64,000 nt of DNA from an uncultured Bacteroidales bacterium. GTDB taxonomy: Bacteria; Bacteroidota; Bacteroidia; Bacteroidales; UBA10428. Below the pieces are notes generated by a model. It was not told where the DNA came from, did no database searches, and was given only the letters and a program-made list of their open reading frames with translations. The stretch spans positions 142 through 64,141 of the forward strand of contig CAZQCO010000010.1 of NCBI GenBank assembly GCA_964592225.1. Direction: 5' to 3'. Made by a program: the position numbers and the translations under genes. Shown one piece after another: positions 8,870 to 15,923 of this stretch. Each line of letters opens with the position of its first letter. Positions within the stretch are counted from its first letter, which is position 1.

Positions 8870-8877
8870 CAAATGTA
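8870..8877 (-). promoter_or_regulatory. Candidate -7 promoter box TACATTTG
   Basis: The plus strand reads caaatgta. The box lies 58 nt upstream of the GTG at 8811. Confidence 0.4.
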
Positions 8878-9064
8878 TATAATTTTTTTTTTCAAAAAAT
8901 AGCTCTCCATGAGGAAAAATAAATGATTTATGTTATCAGAACATCTAATTTACTAAACATTAGGTTTTTATTAAATAAAAAATCTTTTATTTGAGTAAAA
9001 TTTTCTTTCTAAAAGTCTATATGGGTATGCAGGTAGATGATAATGAATGCTAATAGCTTTTTTA

Positions 9065-9072
9065 TATATTTG
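9065..9072 (+). promoter_or_regulatory. Candidate -7 promoter box TATATTTG
   Basis: Matches TAnnTTTG and lies 29 nt upstream of the ATG at 9102, at the end of a 290-bp AT-rich intergenic region. Confidence 0.5.
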
Positions 9073-9101
9073 CAACGCTTTTTAATATTGATTCAATTTA
9101 C

Positions 9102-9398
9102 ATGAAACTACCTTCACATTTTAAATCCATTGAGGAGATTCGTAAGGCAATAGATACAATCGATAAGGAGATAATTGAACTTCTGGGGAAAAGGTATGGA
9201 TATGTAAAAGAAGTTATTCGGTTTAAAGAGCCCAATGAAAAAAGTATTGTGGCAAAAGAGAGGTTCGATTCTGTTATTGAATCGCGCAGGGAAATGGCGG
9301 TGAAAGAAGGTCTTGATCCTGATATTATAGAAAGAATCTACCGTGACCTTTTAAATCATTTTATTTCTGAAGAACGAAGGTTAATTAACAACAAGTAA
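9102..9398 (+). CDS. Chorismate mutase, AroQ (type II) class
   Basis: 98 aa. IEEIRKAIDTIDKEIIELLGKRYGYVKEVIRFK...ERFDSVIESRR...IYRDLLNHFISEE is the typical small all-helical AroQ pattern. Confidence 0.85.
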   Translation: MKLPSHFKSIEEIRKAIDTIDKEIIELLGKRYGYVKEVIRFKEPNEKSIVAKERFDSVIESRREMAVKEGLDPDIIERIYRDLLNHFISEERRLINNK

Positions 9399-9418
9399 TT
9401 AATTAAAATTTTCCAGAC

Positions 9419-10366
9419 ATGTTTAGAGAAGAGATCAAAGTATTGGATTGTACTATACGCGATGGTGGACTCATGAATAAATGGCAATTTACTGATGATT
9501 TTGTCAAGGCTGTTTATCAGGCCTGTGTTGAGTCGGGAATAGATTATATGGAAATTGGATATAAAAGCAGTGAAAAGGCCTTTTCGCGCGATGAAGTTGG
9601 TTGCTGGAAATTTTGTGATGATAAGGACCTGAGACGTATTGTGGGTGACAATAATACCAATCTAAAACTATCAGCAATGGCTGATATCGGGCGTATTGAA
9701 CCTGACGATATTCTCCCTGCCGAGGATAGTTTATTGGATATGATTCGGGTTGCAGCCTACGTTCATCAGATCGACAAGGCTATATGGCTGGCGGATCATT
9801 GTGTCGATAAAGGATATGAGGCTACCATCAATCTGATGGCTGTATCAACTGTGATGGAACGGGATTTGGAAGAAGCTCTTGAGGATGTGGCCAAATCAAA
9901 AATAGGGGTGTTTTATCTGGTCGACAGTTTCGGTAGTATGTACTGTGAGCAGATCGAACGACTTGTAAAAAAATACCAGAAATACCTTCCGGGTAAAACG
10001 ATTGGTGTTCATATGCATAATAACATGCAATTGGCCTTTTCCAATACGGTTTCAGGCATAATATACAATTGCAATATGCTCGATGCCACTTTCTTGGGAA
10101 TTGGTCGGGGAGCTGGGAATTGTCCTCTCGAATTGCTTTTATCTTTTCTTAAAAATCCCAAATTTAAAACCCGACCTGTACTGAAGGTTATCCAGGAGTA
10201 TATGCTCGATATGCAGAAGGAAATTGATTGGGGATATCATATACCTTACTTAATTACCGGTTCCATGAATCAGCATCCACGAAGTGCAATGAAATGGATG
10301 GACGGGGAGAATAAAAATGATCTGGTCGCTTTTTTTAACCAGATAAACGACAAACAGGATCTTTAA
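9419..10366 (+). CDS. HMGL-like / DRE-TIM metallolyase (aldolase catalytic domain protein)
   Basis: 315 aa. Contains the LDCTIRDGG motif and the GVHMHNNMQLAFSNT metal-binding motif. It starts 20 nt after the chorismate mutase stop. Confidence 0.8.
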   Translation: MFREEIKVLDCTIRDGGLMNKWQFTDDFVKAVYQACVESGIDYMEIGYKSSEKAFSRDEVGCWKFCDDKDLRRIVGDNNTNLKLSAMADIGRIEPDDILPAEDSLLDMIRVAAYVHQIDKAIWLADHCVDKGYEATINLMAVSTVMERDLEEALEDVAKSKIGVFYLVDSFGSMYCEQIERLVKKYQKYLPGKTIGVHMHNNMQLAFSNTVSGIIYNCNMLDATFLGIGRGAGNCPLELLLSFLKNPKFKTRPVLKVIQEYMLDMQKEIDWGYHIPYLITGSMNQHPRSAMKWMDGENKNDLVAFFNQINDKQDL

Positions 10367-10429
10367 CATTAGTTGGAGCAATAAATTTTCTCCATCTCCT
10401 TCATAATTTATAGAAAACATTTTTCAGTC

Positions 10430-10984
10430 TTACTCTTGTTGTAAAATCGTATTGACAAAGGGAGCGATACTTTTATTAAAGAATTGGGTCCAGTCTTCAG
10501 GATCAGAAAAATAGAATCCCTGGAGTAAAAGCTGATAGGTAATATTTTTATACCGGAATTGAAAGTAATTCCCGACAGGTTCATTATCCGTTAGCCACAA
10601 ATACAATACTGATTCTTCACCAAAATGAAATCCTTCCAATGGGATTAATTTTGAGTTAATAACTGTACTTAAATTAATCGATTCTTCCTTGGTAACGTAG
10701 GTCTCTTCGGCATCGCCTGCATTTCTGTCAGTTGTTATTGTATTCGATAGGTAGAAGTATGAAGAATCTAAAGCATAACCCTTGTAGGAATATCTGATTT
10801 CGATGGCTCCATCAGGTAATTGATATTTTGAATATTTCCCCTGAGGTGCATCAGGGAAAGTAAATCCATAATCGGTAAATGCTTTCTCACTAAGTAATAA
10901 TTGTTTTTCATCTTCAGAAATTTCCAAACCCGAGCAGGATAATAACTGGAGTATTACCAGAATAAAGCCTATATGATTTCGCAT
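10430..10984 (-). CDS. Putative lipoprotein, last gene of the TetR/ABC-2 operon
   Basis: 184 aa. The signal peptide has an LLSC lipobox. It starts 3 nt after the upstream permease stop. Confidence 0.55.
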   Translation of the reverse strand: MRNHIGFILVILQLLSCSGLEISEDEKQLLLSEKAFTDYGFTFPDAPQGKYSKYQLPDGAIEIRYSYKGYALDSSYFYLSNTITTDRNAGDAEETYVTKEESINLSTVINSKLIPLEGFHFGEESVLYLWLTDNEPVGNYFQFRYKNITYQLLLQGFYFSDPEDWTQFFNKSIAPFVNTILQQE

Positions 10985-10987
10985 GGC

Positions 10988-11695
10988 TTAAGTTTGATTT
11001 CGCCTCATGAACAAATATAATGCAGCTGAAATGTAAAGTAAATGAATTAAAATACCAATGGATAAAGGGAGTATTCTTTCAACAAAAGTATGAGCTTCCC
11101 AAAGAGAAGCGAAAACCCAGTAAAAAGGTATAATACCTGCCACCAACCGTGCCGGATGTGTAATAAATAGCGCAATAAGCGGGAGTATCATAAAAAAACT
11201 GAGTAATTTAAAATAGGTCATACCTTCAATTTTGTTATTTGCCAAACTAACAATTAGAAGGGTATTTGCCGGACCTGATAAAGAACACAGCAAAGAAAAA
11301 AGTATAATTTCCGGAGTTGAAAGTTTTACAAAATCTGATCCCAGTATTAAAATAACTGAGAAAATAAAACCCGATACGATAATGGTACCCATTCTGTATT
11401 GTATCAGTCGATTAAAGGATACTGGCATAACCTGGAATACTTGAAAAAGGTGTTGATCTTTTTCGTCGAGCATAACAAAAGCCAGCAGAAAACCTGCCAT
11501 AGAAGTACTCACAAGGCATAGGGCTGCAAGGATTAATGGTCTGTAAATAATTGTTTCAGGGAAGAATGATTCATAAATAGGAGGAACAATCCGCAAAAGG
11601 GCGATAAACATTAATGGAATAAACAGGATGATGATTAATGTTCTGTCGCGCAGAATATTCTTTAAATCAGTTTGTATTATAGTTACTACTCTCAT
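10988..11695 (-). CDS. ABC-2-type transporter permease (second subunit)
   Basis: 235 aa, polytopic (~6 hydrophobic helices). It overlaps the upstream permease gene by 4 nt. Confidence 0.7.
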   Translation of the reverse strand: MRVVTIIQTDLKNILRDRTLIIILFIPLMFIALLRIVPPIYESFFPETIIYRPLILAALCLVSTSMAGFLLAFVMLDEKDQHLFQVFQVMPVSFNRLIQYRMGTIIVSGFIFSVILILGSDFVKLSTPEIILFSLLCSLSGPANTLLIVSLANNKIEGMTYFKLLSFFMILPLIALFITHPARLVAGIIPFYWVFASLWEAHTFVERILPLSIGILIHLLYISAALYLFMRRNQT

Positions 11696-12381
11696 TTGTA
11701 CAACGATTTTTTAAAATTATAGTTGGCATAGGCATAAGCCAGGTATGTCCATAATCCCAGGTACAGCAGGTTCAGTATTTCTTTAAAATTGAATACATGG
11801 CTGACTGTTTGCTCCAGAAGGTAAAGTGTTGAATGAGTTGGAATCACCCAGAATATACTCAGATTTGTCAAGCCGTAAAAATTGATCAGGGGCAGACACA
11901 TAGGCGGCAAAAACAAGGGAATCAGAATGATATATTGATTGAGGGTTCGTACTTTAATTGCGCCTGCCAGACCAATGAATGTAAAAATCAGAGAGGACAA
12001 AACAACGCAGGCTATGAAAGGTATTGGGCGAAAGTGTACGCCTCTGGCAGCAATTATCATTGCCAAACTACCAATGAGAGCCGGTACCAGGAGAGCAATG
12101 GCTTTCGACCATAAATAATGAGATGTTCTCATGGGAGTTACTGCTTGTGCTTCCAGGGTATTATCACCCTTTTCAAAGAGGATCATGGCTCCAATGAAAA
12201 TAAAACCAAGCATGGTAGGATCAGAAAAGATCATCGTCAGGTAGACCTTATCGATTTGAAGAACAGGCAGAAGTTTAATAGCAAGTGTATATCCGGCTGC
12301 AATGACAAAAGCTATGGTAAGTATCTGGTATTTGGCCAGTAATTTGATCTGCCACCAGGTAAATTGTAGCATACTGCTCAT
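11692..12381 (-). CDS. ABC-2-type transporter permease (first subunit)
   Basis: 229 aa, polytopic. It starts 6 nt downstream of the ATPase gene. Confidence 0.7.
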   Translation of the reverse strand: MSSMLQFTWWQIKLLAKYQILTIAFVIAAGYTLAIKLLPVLQIDKVYLTMIFSDPTMLGFIFIGAMILFEKGDNTLEAQAVTPMRTSHYLWSKAIALLVPALIGSLAMIIAARGVHFRPIPFIACVVLSSLIFTFIGLAGAIKVRTLNQYIILIPLFLPPMCLPLINFYGLTNLSIFWVIPTHSTLYLLEQTVSHVFNFKEILNLLYLGLWTYLAYAYANYNFKKSLYK

Positions 12382-12387
12382 GATTTC

Positions 12388-13239
12388 TTAATTAAGATTG
12401 AATCCTGTAATTTTTATAAAAACATCGTCAAGCTCCGCTTCTTTACTATGAATTGAAATGATCTTCTCTTTACGGATCAGCAACAGAAATTCTTTGTTTT
12501 CTCCCAGCTTGTCAAGAGGAAATTCGACCGATTTTATAATATTCGTGCCATAGTCGATCTTTACGGAACGCTCGCCGTTTATTAGCTTTAAATTATGGGG
12601 TGATTCAGTCATTTTTAATTCACCATTGGCTATAAAAGAAACTCTGTCGCATAGTTCTTCGGCATCGTGCATATTATGTGTAGTAAGGAAAATAGTTTTC
12701 CCCTGGTTTTTCAGGTCAAGGATAATATCCTTTATTCTTCGGGCATTGGCCGGATCGAGTCCTGCAGTGGGTTCATCAAGGAACAGAACATTGGGATTGT
12801 GCATTATGGCCCGAATGAAGTTAAGCCTCATCTTCATGCCTTTTGAATAATTCTCGGTCTTTTTATTGGCATCTTTTTCAAGACCGACCATTTCAAACAG
12901 TTTCATTAAGGGTTGAACGGGCCTGGTATAAAATGCAGAAAAGAATTTCATATTTTCCAACGCAGTAAGTTTTGCATAATGATTGGGTAATTCGAATCCA
13001 ACACCTATATGATTGTAATAATCCGATCCCCATGAAGAAAGATCTTTATTTTCCAGCCGGACTTCACCCTTATAGTTTCTGATAATTCGGGTCAGTATTT
13101 TTTGGGTTGTACTTTTCCCCGCTCCACTAGGTCCCAGAAAACCGAATATTTCGCCACGCTCTATGTCAAAACTAATATTCCGGATGGTTAATTCTTCCGC
13201 TTTAGGGTAAGTATATTCAAGGTTTTTAACATGTATCAT
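12388..13239 (-). CDS. ABC transporter ATP-binding protein
   Basis: 283 aa. Motifs present: Walker A (GPSGAGKST), signature (YSKGMKMRL), Walker B (LFLDEPTAGLD) and H-loop (TTHNM). Confidence 0.9.
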   Translation of the reverse strand: MIHVKNLEYTYPKAEELTIRNISFDIERGEIFGFLGPSGAGKSTTQKILTRIIRNYKGEVRLENKDLSSWGSDYYNHIGVGFELPNHYAKLTALENMKFFSAFYTRPVQPLMKLFEMVGLEKDANKKTENYSKGMKMRLNFIRAIMHNPNVLFLDEPTAGLDPANARRIKDIILDLKNQGKTIFLTTHNMHDAEELCDRVSFIANGELKMTESPHNLKLINGERSVKIDYGTNIIKSVEFPLDKLGENKEFLLLIRKEKIISIHSKEAELDDVFIKITGFNLN

Positions 13240-13243
13240 AATG

Positions 13244-13903
13244 CTATGTATTTTTTGCGATTCCGTTTTTTAAAATAGTAATGAACGATTGTATGATATG
13301 CTCTATATCTTTCTGATGAACCGTGTATAGTGTTTTTCCCTGGCGAATATTTTCCAGTAAATCATCGCCGTAACGTATGGTAAAATAATCGAACAATCCC
13401 ACTTGTATCTGAACAATGATAAATGCGATAATGTAAGGATCAATATTTTCCCGGATTGAATTATTAAACCGATTTTCAATTAATCCGGCAACTTTCTCCG
13501 TCAGTTCTTTTTTCATCTGAATTTCAAGATCTCCTAATTCCTCGTTGGACCGTTCACGAAAAACCCTGTACTGAAAAGCACTCTCCAGAGGATTATTTTT
13601 CTCAAATTCAATTTTATCCTTCCAGTTGACCATTAGAAGCGTATACAAATCCATATCAGGGTCCTGCAAGCGTTTTTCCAGAGTGCTGAAACGTTCTGCA
13701 GTCGCGTTTTCCAGCAAATAGAAATATAATTCCTTCTTTGAATTAAAATACCGGTAAAAACTTCCTTTAGCCAGTGAGAGCTGTTTTATTATAGTTGAAA
13801 GGGAGGCTGATTTATAATCATTAAGAATGAATTCTTTATAGGCCACCTCAAGGATTTCACGTTGCCGTTCCGGTGCTAAATTAGTATATGTTATTTTTGG
13901 CAT
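13244..13903 (-). CDS. TetR/AcrR family transcriptional regulator
   Basis: 219 aa. The N-terminal HTH reads SLSTIIKQLSLAKGSFYRYFNSKKELYFYLL. Confidence 0.85.
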   Translation of the reverse strand: MPKITYTNLAPERQREILEVAYKEFILNDYKSASLSTIIKQLSLAKGSFYRYFNSKKELYFYLLENATAERFSTLEKRLQDPDMDLYTLLMVNWKDKIEFEKNNPLESAFQYRVFRERSNEELGDLEIQMKKELTEKVAGLIENRFNNSIRENIDPYIIAFIIVQIQVGLFDYFTIRYGDDLLENIRQGKTLYTVHQKDIEHIIQSFITILKNGIAKNT

Positions 13904-13909
13904 AATTTA

Positions 13910-13927
13910 AGCGACTACCCGGTCGCT
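13910..13927. promoter_or_regulatory. Palindrome AGCGAC-N6-GTCGCT, candidate TetR operator
   Basis: The arms are at 13910-13915 and 13922-13927, extendable to 8 of 9 matches over 13907-13930. The palindrome begins 6 nt upstream of the TetR ATG (13903). Confidence 0.4.
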
Positions 13928-14016
13928 AAATTACAATTTTTTTTATAAAATCAATTTATTATGCAACTTTTTAACAATTTTAGACTCTTTCGGAGTAGAA
14001 ACAAAAAATAGAAGTT

Positions 14017-15192
14017 ATGAGGAGAATATTACTTTTATTATGTATAGCTGTGCTAGTATCATCTACTGAAGCTCAAACCGATTCATTAACTATTCATCCC
14101 CTACAGATTTCATTCTTATATCCTTTTGGTACGGCAGGAACGCATTCTATCGACTATGGTTATATTTTTTCTCTTAATATGATTGCCGGAGTAACCGGTG
14201 CGGCAAATGGAGTTGAAATAGGAGGTATAACCAATGCCAATACATATTACAATAACGGACTGCAGTTGGCTGGTATATGCAACATTACTGGTACTACAAA
14301 TACCGGAGCGCAAATTGCGGGGATCTGTAATGTTATCGGAGGTTCAACTCGGGGGGCTCAGTTGGCAGGGATAACTAATTTGTCCGGAGGCGCTATGACA
14401 GGAGTTCAGGCAGCAGGTATTTTAAACGCTAATGAAGATAGTGCAACAGGTGCTCAGTTAGCAGGAATTGCCAATATTGCAGGGTCGATCGAAGGTTTGC
14501 AGGCAGCAGGTATTTCGAATGTGGCAGGAAGTACGGAGGGATGCCAGATAGCTGGAATAGCTAATATTTCAGGGGATGCCAATGTTCAGGCTGCTGGTAT
14601 CGGGAATATTTCCGGATCGGTTGATGGGGTTCAAATTGGAGGTATTTTCAATGTTGCCGGATATGTTAAAGGAGTACAACTGGCCGGAATAATTAACATT
14701 TGCGATTCAATAGATGGAGTACCCTTAGCCATGATCAGTATTGTGGGAAAAAATGGCTATCGAAGATGGGACATCTGGGGAAGCGAAGCTTTTTATGTCA
14801 ATGTTTCCTATAAGATTGGGATCAGACAACTTTATACGATTTTCAGTCTGGGATATAAGGCGGGTGACCTGCATAATAATACGGGTTTTGGAATGGGCCT
14901 TGGAACTAATATTCCCTTTCGGGAAAAATCCAGTATCGATGTGGAAGCTCATATGTATCAAATAAGTCGTTATTTGTGGATGGAAGAAGATAATTTCATG
15001 TATACTTTAAGGATTAATTATGTACAACATTTTGGCAAACGCATGGCACTGTTTGCTGGTCCGGCTTTTAATATGTTAAGTACTGATTATTTATCTGATG
15101 CCTATGAAATAGCTCCCGGATATGGGATAGAGTTTAAAGGTTCGAATACCTGGCAGTACTGGCTGGGTTTTAATGTGGGTATCCGGCTGTAG
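14017..15192 (+). CDS. Secreted repeat protein: 11 x G-x-Q-x-[AG]-G-I-x-N repeats plus a beta-rich C-terminal domain
   Basis: 391 aa with a signal peptide (VSSTEAQ). Repeat units start at residues 65, 81, 97, 113, 129, 145, 160, 175, 189, 204 and 219, with a partial unit at 234. The C-terminal ~150 aa have an alternating beta-strand pattern and end in WLGFNVGIRL. Confidence 0.7.
   Translation: MRRILLLLCIAVLVSSTEAQTDSLTIHPLQISFLYPFGTAGTHSIDYGYIFSLNMIAGVTGAANGVEIGGITNANTYYNNGLQLAGICNITGTTNTGAQIAGICNVIGGSTRGAQLAGITNLSGGAMTGVQAAGILNANEDSATGAQLAGIANIAGSIEGLQAAGISNVAGSTEGCQIAGIANISGDANVQAAGIGNISGSVDGVQIGGIFNVAGYVKGVQLAGIINICDSIDGVPLAMISIVGKNGYRRWDIWGSEAFYVNVSYKIGIRQLYTIFSLGYKAGDLHNNTGFGMGLGTNIPFREKSSIDVEAHMYQISRYLWMEEDNFMYTLRINYVQHFGKRMALFAGPAFNMLSTDYLSDAYEIAPGYGIEFKGSNTWQYWLGFNVGIRL
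14209..14724 (+). repeat. Degenerate in-frame tandem repeat (45-48 nt period) encoding the G-x-Q-x-A-G-I-x-N units
   Basis: The repeats are conserved at protein level (GAQIAGICN, GAQLAGITN, GVQAAGILN, GAQLAGIAN, GLQAAGISN, GCQIAGIAN and others) but diverged at DNA level. Confidence 0.7.
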
Positions 15193-15245
15193 TAAGTTTT
15201 TAGTATTATCGATTATTAGAAAGTTTACTTTATAGCAGAAGCAAT

Positions 15246-15923
15246 CTAAATTTTCCAGTCAATTGCCGGCAATTCTTGTTTCAGTAATAGTTCGTTTGTC
15301 TTTGAAAAATGACGGCACCCGAAGAACCCATTATAGGCTGAAAAAGGGGAGGGATGGGCTGCCTTAAGAATATAATGATTTTGTGTGTCGATCAGGGTTT
15401 CTTTGGCCTGGGCATATCGCCCCCAGAGAATAAATACAACACCTGAACGGGTATCAGAGATTTTTCGTATTACAGCATCGGTAAATTGTTCCCAGCCTTT
15501 TCCCTGGTGCGAACCTGCCTGGTTGGCCCTTACAGTTAGTGTAGCATTAAGAAGTAAAACTCCCTGATTAGTCCAGTGCTCTAAATTACCATGATTGGGT
15601 ATGGGTATGCCTAAATCGGTATGTAATTCTTTGAATATATTAACCAGTGAGGGAGGCTGAGCAATCCCCTTTGGAACAGAGAAGCATAATCCATGAGCTT
15701 GTCCGGGTCCATGATAGGGATCCTGACCGAGAATAACCACCCTGACCTTATCGACAGGAGTATGATCGAAGGCATTGAAAATTTTACTGCCCGGTGGATA
15801 CAAGGTGTATTTTTTCTTTTCCTCTACCAGAAATTCTTTAAGTGATGCAAAATAATCTGCATTAAACTCATTGGTCAGAGCTTCTTTCCAGCTGGCTTCA
15901 ATTTGTGGATTTATCTGGCTCAT
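15246..15923 (-). CDS. ung: Uracil-DNA glycosylase
   Basis: 225 aa. Contains VVILGQDPYHGPGQAHGLCFSV and the HPSPFSA motif of family-1 UDG. Confidence 0.95.
   Translation of the reverse strand: MSQINPQIEASWKEALTNEFNADYFASLKEFLVEEKKKYTLYPPGSKIFNAFDHTPVDKVRVVILGQDPYHGPGQAHGLCFSVPKGIAQPPSLVNIFKELHTDLGIPIPNHGNLEHWTNQGVLLLNATLTVRANQAGSHQGKGWEQFTDAVIRKISDTRSGVVFILWGRYAQAKETLIDTQNHYILKAAHPSPFSAYNGFFGCRHFSKTNELLLKQELPAIDWKI

Noticed and set aside
8812-9101. Leader-peptide attenuator upstream of chorismate mutase. Tiny ORFs such as MRKNK and MIYVIRTSNLLNIRFLLNKKSFI lie in the AT-rich region.
   Set aside because: The mini-ORFs contain no runs of Phe, Tyr or Trp codons, and no terminator/antiterminator pair is evident.
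14209-14724. Regularly spaced repeats that could be mistaken for a CRISPR array or non-coding tandem repeat.
   Set aside because: The repeats are in-frame inside a long ORF with a signal peptide. They are conserved at amino-acid level but not at nucleotide level, and there are no unique spacers. They are protein repeats.
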